Shown: positions 28,566-40,554 of the stretch, piece by piece
Layout of the letters: each line of letters starts with the position of its first letter
Position numbering within the stretch: the stretch's first letter is position 1
From: Tubiluchus corallicola
Lineage: Eukaryota > Animalia > Priapulida
Direction of reading: 5' to 3'
Length of the DNA: 64,000 bases
Assembly (NCBI GenBank): GCA_030141605.1
Contig: JAQGDQ010000830.1
Span: 26,779-90,778 of the forward strand
Made by a program: the position numbers and the translations under genes
Notes under the pieces: model-generated
Seen by the model: the letters and a program-made list of their open reading frames with translations, nothing else
What the model was told of the DNA's origin: nothing
Database searches by the model: none

Positions 28566-31039
28566 TTTGATTTTTTAACTGCTCTGCAAGGTAAAAGAAA
28601 ATGTTAATTTATTTAATACGTCGTCGTCACAATTAGTACAATTTCACTGTGAACAATCAGATTAAACTAGGTTTCCTTTTAATGATATTAGTAGCATTAA
28701 TGATGACAAATTAATGTCAGCTCTGGTTAAGGCAATTGTTAGTTTCGTTTATGGAGAAAGTACAGCTATTCATAAACAATCAGTTACATCTGAATTTTAG
28801 CGCAAGCCTCGATCTTAAGTGCATCAAGGATGTTACCAATTGTGCTACCAAAGCTTGAGCATCTGAAAGGAGAACCTCTTTCATTATTTTCTCATTCAAC
28901 GAACGTCACACAAATGGTTTCAAATAAACGTGCAGATATGGTTAAGCACTAATTAATTATATAACACATATGATACCCTCACTCAATTGTTCAACTCAGA
29001 GCGCTGAGAATTTTTACTTTATAAAATTAAGCTTGCTCATTCAATAATATTCTATCGAGCTAGCAACGTACTGAATAGTTTACGACTAGATAAGAAATTT
29101 TAATTAGAACAATACCAGTCGCATTGCTAAAATTAATCATTTCTATTAATAATAATAATGACAAAAGTAACTATTAAGAATTCGTTTTATCGTTTTATAA
29201 TGCAAGTTTACACCTGGTTACCTTTTCTGTTTAATTTATTTTGATCTTTTTAACTGTTTAACTGTATTTTGACTATTTTACAACGTTGCGGTTTACTCAC
29301 TCACAGTTCTTCTAAACTATTATTTCTACACCTATTACCATTATTTGTGATTTTGTTAGATTAATTTGTGTCTTATCATTGCCAGATTGTCGATGAATTT
29401 TAAATTGTAATTTATCATTATTTTGCATGATTAGCTTAGTCATTATATCATCTTATGTTTCATGATTTTCTGATATCTAGATTTTGCATCTTTCTAATTT
29501 GATAATGTCAGATTTAGGATGTACAGGATCATCTTGTAAAAAAGTTGCTTTGTATTAGCTTTCTGTATAAAAAATGAAATAAAAAGTAACTATAAAATAC
29601 GCCTGCAACAGTGTGTTTTAAGAAATTAAAAAAAAAAACTTACCCGCGTACACTATAATTAACAAGCACCAATAGATTTTGTGCGTCATGTCATTTTAGT
29701 TTGTTCTTTTATACGTGCGACCCAGTTTAGTGACATCATTGTAATCATTGTCTCCTTGCTTTCACTTTTCTACTTTTGTTCTAAGCAGGCTAACCGTTAA
29801 TGCCTCCAGCTTGTGCTAAAGATTCTTAAAAGTTCTTGTTCTCTGTGTAGATTTCTGGCATGACTGCGAAATAATTAACCGTTCTTGGGTTTATATTTTT
29901 AGTAATTAATATGTTTACGGCTAAACTGCCGGCGATGTTTTCTTAGTTTGGTCAACAGTTTCGAAAACGGTGCATGTGTAAAGCATGCGACCAGAAATGG
30001 TACGGTAATCGGTGCTGGACTTGGTTGACCCTCAGCTTTCCAGTTGCCTTCCTTCTTCGTCTTCATTCAGCTGTGTAAAATAAGAACCCTGTTGAATTAA
30101 TTTTAAAAGTTTGTTTTTTTACAGAAAATTTTATTACATTTTAATTCATATTTTCCTTGTTTTTTCTTTGTTGTCAAGAAGTCATTTATTCATCATAAAG
30201 AGTGATATGTTTTTTAATGTATGTTTGTGTGTGAGTGTATGAGGAGGGGGGGGGGAGTTGGTAGTGGTCAGTGTGTGAATTTAGTATCCTCAAAGAGCGT
30301 TTGTATCCTCTAGTGACGGACAAGTATCAGAACAATGAAAAGCAGATAGCTATAGTCATTCTTTACTAAAATTGCAAAATCAACTCGCACTGCTAATCAC
30401 GCAATTTTTGAACTGCGCCGGGAATATATTTTTATTCGTTAATTAATTAATTCTGGAGTTAATTCTTTGATTCATTTTTTCTTTCTTCATTTATTCATTT
30501 GTTCATACATTAACTCATGCATTATTTCCTTCATTCATTTACTTAATTCATTCATACATTCATGCATTTGTTTTAGTATTACTTTATTCGTTTGCTTATT
30601 TATTCATCACTGCAACATTGTGTAAAATGATGACCGATACCTTAGCTTATGCACATTGAACGACGAACCATCATATGCGTGATCTTATGATATTTTATAA
30701 ATGATGAAACTGGGCATCTCTAAAGCACTTATAGCGCAAAGAGCCTGTGGCTAGTTGTTGCTCACAAAATGCATGAGTCGATCCTCTCTATTGATCTAGA
30801 CATTCGTGTGAAGCTCACTGCTATTACTAAGTAAAATAACGCTGACTTATTTCTGCCTAATAACTTATGCTAGTTCAAATGTATATTTTCTCACGAAGAT
30901 TTATAATATAAAAGCGTCAGCGATTAGATAAATCGATTAATCTCTCATCTTTTAGGATGCTGTTCTTTCATTTTTATACAGTTTAGCAAGCCATGATTCA
31001 GCACTGAATGTAGACGCTTATGGCAGGACCGGATACGAA

Positions 31040-31622
31040 GGATAAGCTCGAAAGACATGATTTGTTTTAAATTTGATGGCAGGGTATTCCAAAGTTGAAC
31101 TCCTTGTTTAGTGATAGAATTGTTGCAGTATTTGTTATTAGTGCGTATTTGTTTAATATTGTGTGTTCTTGGATTTAATGTTGGCTCCAAGAGGAGTGGA
31201 AGCTTATTTTTGACGAAGTGCGTGTTAATATTGTTGATGCATTTCTATAAAAACAGGATTGTGTAGAAGTCTTTGTGTTCTTGTAAAATAGGGATTTTAA
31301 ACATTGTTCTTAATTCTGTTGCAGAGGTTTGATTTGTTATGAGGGACGTTTTATTTGAATAGCCAGCGACTAATCTTAATGCATAATTTTGAAGACTATT
31401 TAGTTTGTTATAGCTGTCTCTTGAAACTTCATAAAAAAGTGTGCATCCTTATAAAAAGTGCGGTGGAATGAGAGTTTTAAAAATTAATAACTTTGTTTGT
31501 TTAGTTAGTTGACCTTTTACCTGCCGTAAGTAAGTTGACCTTTTACCTGCCGGATTTACCGCATGCCATTTTATCGTAAATTTTATTAAAGTGGTTATCC
31601 CAAGAAAGTTTGTTATCTACTG
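31040..31622 (-). mobile_element. CR1/L2 ORF2 C-terminal fragment, cut by the assembly gap
   Basis: VDNKLSWDNH, FKTLIPPHF, KLNSLQNYALRL, GVQLWNTLP; same family as the 1-4 kb LINE. Confidence 0.8.
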
Positions 31623-31625
31623 NNN

Positions 31626-32599
31626 GACGCTCAGGCTTATTTTAGGCCAGGTTATGTAACTAGTTCCTACTGTTATAATTCCACCATTTATAAAAGAAGT
31701 TTAGTTAAGATGTTTAACGATATAATGACAGAAGCCAACCTGTTCTGAAATCAAATTTCACCTGTACATTCAATGATACTGTTTATGCATTACTTCTATA
31801 CCATGTGATTGAAGCCACGTAAACGAAATTTTGGCTGTTCAGTTCGCCCCGGGATTCCGCTTGAAGTTGTCGAGTTAAGCGGACGTTCACATGTCATAAA
31901 ATGATGGTTTAGTAGTAATAGTGCTTGCTTGTAGAAAAGCGATCTGTCTACCTGGTTACGACAGAGACGATAGTTGCATTCTAGCGATGATACTTACCTG
32001 TTGCTGATTATATTTTCCTGACGCTGATGATACATCACTTACCAGTTGTCGATCTACTGCTGATGGTACTTACCCGTATTTACCTGATACTGTCGTTGGT
32101 GCTTCCATGCTGTGATTGCGGAATTGGTGGTCCTTGCCTTGCGGCGAGTGCGGGAGCTTGGATGCAACCCTGTTTTGGCGTCGTGTAAGTGGAGGCGTGT
32201 GCATAGGGAGTCGTCGGGGTTTGGAGACGTCGTCGTCCACGTGGTCAGATCCATCAAGAGGTAGTGTAGTCAACCGTTCTATGGTGCACCATCCCTTGAT
32301 CAAGCCCCTGGTGAGGAGATGCCGCGGAATGGGAGCAGGAGAATAGTCACTTGATGATGCCAAGACAGGACTGGTGAAAACGTTACGTTGTTCTTTCTCT
32401 TCTTAGCCGGCTTAGTCTTTATTATTAACAGTTGTCTCGTAATGTGTTTTGAAACATTCATTAAATTGTTATATTATTTTATTAATTCAGTGGTTTCTTC
32501 TCAGTGTTTTCGACTAAGTGTTTTATTCTTTACCTAAGGGTTACACTTAAGTCACGAACCACATATTTACAATAACGGAACTTGGACTACATCGTCACA
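31626..32599 (+). repeat. 5' LTR (first TGT lost in the NNN gap)
   Basis: Direct repeat of 38617-39600; ends CGTCACA. Confidence 0.95.
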
Positions 32600-32602
32600 T
32601 TA

Positions 32603-32620
32603 TGGTGTCAGAAGTGGGAT
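32603..32620 (+). promoter_or_regulatory. Primer-binding site complementary to the tRNA-Leu 3' end
   Basis: TGGTGTCAGAAGTGGGAT, 3 nt after the LTR, is the reverse complement of ATCCCACTTCTGACACCA, the 3' end of animal tRNA-Leu (CAG/CAA type). Confidence 0.88.
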
Positions 32621-33161
32621 TTTTGACTTTATTTGGTGTAACTCGGTAGGAATAAAATTCTTTGTCAGCATTTTGAGAATTTAATGATATTTACTTTCAG
32701 GTAATTAGTTACATAGCTAATTTTCTGGGGGAATCTTTGGGCAAAAGCATATCGAAAGAACATAGCATCTTCCGTTGAGTGAATTTATTGATTACTCAGT
32801 TGAATGTGTTTTGTCCATGATTTAAATAGGCTTCCTGCAGATTTTGTAAACGCTATAATTCCAGGTGTATGCCGACTTGAATGCCGATTTGTCCTTGATT
32901 ACACTGTAGACGTTTCAAGTGCTAGTGAAACCGTTATTTTGTTGCAGGCTAGTCAAAAGTCTTGGCCTAGATTTTGTATATTCCTAGTTTGCTACTTTGT
33001 TTGATTTGCACTTACTTTACCCCTAATATACAGTATTTTTGTATGTCTGTATGCGCTGAGCCAGTGTGGGTCAGTTGAATGATAGATCTATAAATATTCT
33101 GCAAGCATAAAGTTTTTTTTTACTGTAACTACTATTTGTCCTATATTATCCTGTGATTAGA

Positions 33162-36100
33162 ATGTCACGCGTTTACGTGGAGAGTGAATTGCAGCAACTA
33201 ACTGTACCTGTCTTAAAGCAGATAACTGTTGAACGTAGGCTAACTTTACCACAGGGTACAAATAAGGCCGGAATAATTGATATAATCATGAATGCACAGG
33301 GTAACCCTGTGACGACAGGTGAACCTAGTGTTAGACCGAAAGAAGTTGGAGGTGTGTCAAGTACACCGAGTGTGTCTGTTGCGCAGATGAGTGGGCGCAG
33401 ACGTGTGTCTGATCAACTGTTAGCAACTCCCCCTCCTGCCGACCTTACCTTGCATTCTGCTATTAATGGTAAACCTGCGGATGATGAGATGACAGAACGT
33501 TCAGTACCTCTTTACAATATTGAAAAGTTAAAGTTAGTAGAGCGGCGAGAAAGAGCGTGAATGGGAACGGGAACAGAAACGTGAAGAAAGGCGTGAACGT
33601 ATGCAACGTGAAGAGAGAGAATGGGAACGTGAGCGTGAGGAACGCAGAGAACGAATGCAGAAAGAGCAGTATCAGTTTGAGTTGAAGCTTCGTGAGCTGG
33701 ATGCCTCATCTCCAAGTCACGTGACACAGGTTCCTCCTCAATCACCTGATGGCATACTTACTACAACCGCATCTCGAATACCCCGTGTAAAGTTATCACG
33801 TGTATTTACAGAGGAAACCGATGATCTGCATACTTTCTTACAGTGGTTTGAAGCAGTAGCCAAAGCTAATGGCCTTGAAGAGAAACACTTTGCTGCATCG
33901 CTGGGCCCAGCTTTATCCGGAAAAGCAGCCCAGGCTTTTCAACAAGTACCACTTGACAGCATGCAAGATTACAATGTTTTAAGGAAGACTTTGTTAGCTG
34001 CCTATGTCCTCTCCAGTGACATGTATCTTGAGCGTTTCCGCAAGATTACTCGGAGACCGGATGAAACATTCCGTCAGCTTTTTGTACGGCTTGATCGTGC
34101 CCTGCAAGAATGGCTGAAAGCCGAAGAAGCGTCCACCTTTGAGAACATTTGTGAACTGCTATGTATTGAGCAGGCCCTTACATTGATGCCCCGTGAAATG
34201 AGCATTTGGGTCAGGCAGCAAGGGCAAAAGACAATGGAAAAGGTGGCAGAGAAAGCCGATTTGTACATTGCTTCTAATGCATTAGGTACAGCTTCAAAAC
34301 TTAAACCAATGCAACAACAGCGTGGAAATTTTAGGCCGGCAGTTTTTTCAAATGGTTCTGGAAAAAAGATGAATAATGACGTCATGAAGAAGATACGCTG
34401 TAATACTTGCGGAGAACTTGGACACAAAAGGACCCAGCGCCCGAAACGCCCTAATTATGGTGAAACTAGTGGCAAGAGTAGAAATCCTAGTCGTCAATTC
34501 TTGGCCAAGACAGGAAATACTGGTCACCAATCCAGTCACTCTACCAGTTCACCTGCGGCTATGCCTGAGTGTGTGCATGAGTCTGATGAGTTTAGCTTTA
34601 AAGCTAAAATTAATGGTATCTGGATTGATGGTATAAGAGATTCTGGTGCTAGCGTGAGTTTGATCCAACCACGTTATGTCCGTCCAGAACAGTTTCTACA
34701 AAGTGAAAATTGTACCAAAATTTGGTGTGTGCATGGCGATGTTAAAAATACACGTGCGGCTGTTGTTGAGGTGGAATGTACACTAGTCAATGGTAGATTG
34801 AGAGTGGCAGTGTCTGATAGTCTTCCTGTGCCCTTTTTGCTAGGTAATGATTACCGAACTGCTGTGACACCATTTAGCATTAAACAGAGTTTTAGTACAC
34901 CACCTAAGTCAGTTGATTTAGAATGTATCACACCTGAAAATTCAGATACGTCACATTGTTCTGATGAACTTGTGAGTGGAAATATAAATGTCGCGAAACA
35001 AGCTGGTAATTCGAAAAAAGCTTTTGCTGTAACCCGATCAAAAGCAAAGCAGCTACAAGCAGAAGCTAACAGCGAGAAACAATTACTAAGTAGTTTAAAC
35101 GCTGATCAAAATGCGGAAAAAAATATTGCATCTGGCATAGCTACTAAAGCACAGCAACAGCAGCTGTTACAGCTTAGTAAAGAACAATTGCAGCAAGAAC
35201 AGCGCGATGATGTTAGTTTGCGCAATTTACGTGATCACGCAGTCACAGAAACAGTAGCTCATGCCCAAAGAAAGGGTTACTTCATTAAAGATGGGGTTTT
35301 ATATTACCTGACACGTGAAAAGCGCGATGCTGAACCCCGCGAACTTTTGGTTGTACCCAAGTCTAGACGTTTGGCAGTCTTATCTTTGGCACATGATGCG
35401 CACATGGCTGGTCACCTGGGCATACGTAAAACTACCCAACGTGTTTTACAAGAATGTATTTGGCCTAGAGTTAAACGTTCAGTGATACAATATTGCCGCT
35501 CGTGTGTCCCATGTCAGAAAACGGCGAGAATTAAACGTTCTGATAAAGCAAAATTAAAGCCATTGTCCATACCTTCGATTGCATTTCGAACTATAGCCAT
35601 GGATATTATTGGGCCTATGAAGAGAACACCCTCGGGGAATAAGTACACGTTAGTAATAATAGATCATGCTACGAGGTACCCCGATTGCTACCCGCTGCCA
35701 AATATTGAAACCACTACTGTTGTTAAAGCTTTATTGCAATACATATGTCGACATGGCATCCCGCGTGAGATTTTAACCGACATAGGTACTCAATTCACCT
35801 CGCAGTTGATCCATGATTTAGAACAGGCCTTGGGTGTAAAGGGAATTTTCACTTCCCCATATAGCCCACAGGGGAATGGGTTAACTGAGAGATTTAATGG
35901 CTCATTAAAATCCTGCATTTTAAAAGTCATGCAAAATGAGAAACATTTACCCTGGGATGAAACTATTCCGTTCATTTTATTTGCTTTCCGGGAAGTACCC
36001 CAAGAATCCACTGGGTATGCTCCATTTCAGCTAGTTTACGGTTTTCCCGTGCGTGGGCCTTTGGCTGCCCTAAAGGAACGTTGGGGCTCTGTAGAAGCTC

Positions 36101-38019
36101 CTAAGTGGGAGGAAATTGATGATTACGTGACTCGCATAATTAACACTGTAGAAGAGTCAACTGCTGATGCCCATGAAGCTTTGCAAAAAGCTAAAATATC
36201 ACAGAAAAAGTGGTATGATAAAACCACTTCAGAACGCTCGCTTGAAATAGGGCAAAAAGTTCTTGTTTTAATGCCTGAAGGTAAAAGCAAAATGCAAAAG
36301 CGCTATCGTGGCCCCTTTATAGTTGTTGATAAATTGTCTGATTGGACATATAAAATACATTTAGGAGGCAAAAGTGCACGCAAACGCGATACAAGAACAT
36401 ATCATATCAACATGTTGAAACCATTTGTTGAACGCGACGAGCACATGGCTTTGTTTGCAAAGTGTGAGGAATTTAGTACAACGTCACTAGACAGTGTTTT
36501 GTCTGAAGGTGGTTGTGGTGATGTGAAGATGGATGAGCAGGAGGAAAATGAGTGTTCATTGAAACTTCCTGAATATGCATTCCCGCCTTCTGCCTCACCC
36601 ACCCAGTCTCTCAATGATGTAGCATATGATTCTCATCTCAATGATGAACAGATCAGTGAGTTGGCAGCAGTACTTGCAGAATTTTCAGAGATGTTCACCG
36701 ATCTTCCCGGGTGCACTGAATTAGTTCAACATCGTATTACTCTAACAAATCCTACACCAGTTAGACAGAGGCCATACCGAACTCCTCATGCTCGCAGAGA
36801 GGTTATCAGAAAAGAATTAGAAGAGATGCAGAAATTACAAGTGATACGCAGATCTAATTCTGAATTTTCTTCACCAGTTGTCCTGGTACCAAAAGAAGAC
36901 GCTGCATCAGGTTTTCGTTTCTGTATAGATTATAGGCTTTTAAATGCTCAAACGGCTTTCAATCACTATATCATGCCTCGGGTAGATGACATCGTGGACG
37001 GCATGCATGGCGCTCTGTGGATAACCACATTAGACCTTTCAAAGGCGTACTGGCAAATAAAACTCGCCAAAGAATCCCAAGCATACTCTGCTTTCGTTAC
37101 AGAATTTGGAAAATTCGAATTCGTTGTGATGCCTTTTGGCCTTGTCAACAGTGCACAAACCTGTCAAAGTTTGGTAGACAGGGTGTTAGAAGCTGCAGAG
37201 GAATATGCCCACGGATACATTGATGATATCATGATTAAATCAAACACTTGGCAATCCCATCTGCAACATATTCGGTTGGTATTAGCCCTGCTACGACGTG
37301 CTGGTCTTACACTTAAACCAAAGAAGTGCAACTTCGCCCAAACTGAGACCAAATTTCTCGGATATGTTGTTGGAAAGAATCGCTTACGCCCACAGGTCGA
37401 GAAGATTCAAAAGATTCATGAAACCCCTCGTCCTCAGACCAAAAGACAAGTACGAGCTTTCCTCGGTTTAATCGGTTTTTATCGACGGTTTATTCCGATG
37501 TTTAGTTCTATTGCGGTACCCTTGTATGCACTGCTTGAGAAAAATGCATCTGTACACGTTGACTGGAATGAAGAGTGTGAACGCAGCTTTATAGAACTGC
37601 GCACTGCACTGAACTCAGACACGGTGCTTCACTCACCTGATTTTTCGCAGAAATTCGTTCTAACAACTGATGCTTCATTTAGTGGTATTGGTGGAGTGCT
37701 GACACAAGTACAGAGTGAGTTAGGTGAGGTGCCAATTACACATGTGAGCAGAAAGTTAACTACGTGTGAACGAAATTATAGTGTTGTGGAAATTGAGTTG
37801 TTGGCAGTAGTGTATTCTGTATCTAAGTTACGTTACTACTTAGAAGGTCATGAGTTCATAGTACGAACTGACCAACGTAGTTTGCTAGCACTCCCACGCA
37901 TGAAGAGAAATAATCGCCGCCTTTGTACATGGGCGCTTATTTTGCAAGAATTCCACTTTACTGTAGAGAATATTGCTGGAAAAGATAATATTGTAGCAGA
38001 TTCTCTTTCACGTCTATGA
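33162..38019 (+). CDS. Gag-Pol polyprotein with one apparent +1 frameshift at ~33545
   Basis: ATG 33162 MSRVYVESEL...; E/R coiled coil; capsid/SCAN-like region; degenerate knuckle CNTCGELGHKRTQR; protease DSGAS; integrase HHCC and D,D,E (MDIIGP, TDIGTQF, TERFN); RT (FCIDYR, LDLSKAYWQ, MPFGL, YIDD); RNaseH (TDAS, EIELLAV, TDQ, ADSLSR). Confidence 0.93.
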
Positions 38020-38613
38020 ATGGGTAATTCCAACCACTAAAGCCCAAGTTAGGTGATTAAAGATCACCTCTGACCAGTTTGAAACATTTTCTTTTACATT
38101 ATATGAAGCTAATTCATTAGAAATGAATTACAAATAATAAAATTTTGTTGCAAAATTAGTTTAATGTATTCGCAATGCCATCTAGGAGTGGTAATAGAAA
38201 ACATGATGTGTTGTTGTACTGTATTATTTTAATCTTGTTAGGCTGGTTAATAGTAAAGATGTTTCTCCTTTGTTTAAGACAAAACAGCGTTTTATTTTTA
38301 GTTTATTGATTTATTTTGAAACCGAGATTTGAACCTTGCGTTGTAAGCTTAAGAGTAAACAAATACTGTATTACCTGATATGTAATTATTTCATGAGTGA
38401 AGAAATTCACAAAGATTTGTTGAGGAAGACAATGATTGAGTATTGTATTTTTTGTCATTGACATTAGTTATTTTGGTCTATTATTGTGATGAATATGTAT
38501 CATGATTTTTTGTGTAACTAGTTTATTGCCCTGACCTATTGTGTTAAAAGTCTTGATATCACATTTTAGTAGTAAAAATTTGATGGATCAAGCTTTTGTA
38601 ACGGAGGATGCTA

Positions 38614-39600
38614 TGTGACGCTCAGGCTTATTTTAGGCCAGGTTATGTAACTAGTTCCTACTGTTATAATTCCACCATTTATAAAAGAAGTTTAGTTAAG
38701 ATGTTTAACGATATAATGACAGAAGCCAACCTGTTCTGAAATCAAATTTCACCTGTACATTCAATGATACTGTTTATGCATTACTTCTATACCATGTGAT
38801 TGAAGCCACGTAAACGAAATTTTGGCTGTTCAGTTCGCCCAGGTATTCCGCTTGAAGTTGTCGAGTTAAGCGGACGTTCACATGTCATAAAATGATGGTT
38901 TAGTAGTAATAGTGCTTGCTTGTAGAAAAGCGATCTGTCTACCTGGTTACGACAGAGACGATAGTTGCATTCTAGCGATGATACTTACCTGTTGCTGATT
39001 ATATTTTCCTGACGCTGATGATACATCACTTACCAGTTGTCGATCTACTGCTGATGGTACTTACCCGTATTTACCTGACTTTGATGATACTGTCGTTGGT
39101 GCTTCCATGCTGTGATTGCGGAATTGGTGGTCCTTGCCTTGCGGCGAGTGCGGGAGCTTGGATGCAACCCTGTTTTGGCGTCGTGTAAGTGGAGGCGTGT
39201 GCATAGGGAGTCGTCGGGGTTTGGAGACGTCGTCGTCCACGTGGTCAGATCCATCAAGAGGTGGTGTGGTCGGCCGTTCTGTGGTGCACCATCCCTCAAT
39301 CGGGCCCCTGGTGGTGAGATGGCGCGGAAGGTTAGCGGGAGAATGGTCGCTTGATGATGCCAAGACTGCACTGGTGAAAAACATTACGTTGTTCTTTCTC
39401 TTCTTAGCCGGCTTAGTCTTTATTATTAACAGTTGTCTCGTAATGTGTTTTGAAATATTCATTAAATTGTTATATTATTTTATTAATTCAGTGGTTTCTT
39501 CACAGTGTTTTCGACTAAGTGTTTTATTCTTTACCTAAGGGTTACACTTAAGTCACAAACCACATATTTACAATAACGGAACTTAGACTACATCGTCACA
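38614..39600 (+). repeat. 3' LTR
   Basis: TGTGACG...CGTCACA 7-bp terminal inverted repeat, preceded by a weak purine tract (AACGGAGGA). Confidence 0.96.
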
Positions 39601-39973
39601 GACGGGTTATGGAGAGGATTAGGGTAGAGATAGGGTTAGGGTTGTGGTTAGGGAAGGGTTATGGAGAGGATTAGGGTTGAGATAGGGTTAGGGTTAGGGT
39701 TGTGGTTAAGGTAAGGGTTATGGAGAGGATTAGGGTTGAGATAGGGTTAGGGTTAGGGTGTGGTTAGGGTAAGGGTTATGGAGAGGATTAGGGTTGAGAT
39801 AGGGTTAGGGTTAGGGTTGTGGTTAGGGTAAGGGTTATGGAGAGGATTAGGGTTGAGATAGGGTTAGGGTTGTGGTTAGGGACGGGTTATGGAGAGGATT
39901 AGGGTAGAGATAGGGTTAGGGTTGTGGTTAGGGAAGGGTTATGGAGAGGATTAGGGTAGAGATAGGGTTAGGG
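39601..39973 (+). repeat. Telomere-like (TTAGGG-containing) minisatellite, ~7 units of 52-59 bp
   Basis: Unit GGGTTATGGAGAGGATTAGGGTTGAGATAGGGTTAGGG(TTAGGG)TTGTGGTTAGGG. Confidence 0.92.
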
Positions 39974-40554
39974 TATTTAAATTGTGTTGGGAATTGTAAA
40001 CTCATTCTAATTATACGTTGCATATTCACATGTTACATTGTTGAATCTCTCCAACGGAAGGTTAAAGGTTTTACTTTCTTTCAAATGTGCCGTAGCCTGC
40101 TTAGAATAACCTAAATTCCTTTAAAAAGCTTAACGTCAACATCCAGAGCACCATCTAAATAACAATAATTATTGTAACTGAAATCGTAACAAGAAGTATT
40201 ATATTTAAAAAACGTAACGTAATTCATGTAAAAACCGAATTTCGGGAGGCGAATTATTCAGAGAAATTTAGTTGCAACTTTTCTTTAAATCGAATGTGAG
40301 GAAAGGAAGTTTTTCATTGTTCTTTTCACAGCAAGTCTTTTCATTTAACGCAAAATATGTTCTTTCCTACTGGTTTTGTCTTCTCAATAAACATTGTTCT
40401 CACTTGAAAGACAATGAGAATAGTCACAATATCTACTATTGTTTTCAACACGGCAGTAATTATCTAATTACTTGAACAGTTGCTGTTCTTTTAAATAGGT
40501 TTACAAGAAGTTTGTAAGCATCTTCGATGCAGCTTTCTTGATTTTAGTGTAGAG

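Larger units (their letters stand above)
31626..39600 (+). mobile_element. Gmr1-type Ty3/gypsy LTR retrotransposon (gag-PR-IN-RT-RNaseH)
   Basis: Two ~980-bp LTRs, tRNA PBS, and a long pol ORF with gypsy-type RT/RNaseH but integrase upstream of RT. Confidence 0.96.

Noticed and set aside
32251-32385. Diversity-generating retroelement (TR/VR) interpretation of the LTR patch
   Set aside because: Eight of 20 differences are at non-A positions, the A changes are almost all to G rather than random, and the RT is gypsy-type in a eukaryote.
39116-39538. LTR sense ORF with GATA-finger-like CGECGSLDATLFWRR...VC and a hydrophobic C-terminus
   Set aside because: No ATG start (TTG directly after a stop), fourth Cys missing, and stopped/frameshifted in the 5' LTR; the resemblance is probably chance.
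39601-39973. True chromosome end
   Set aside because: The repeats are degenerate, organised as 52-59-bp units, and followed by unique genic sequence.
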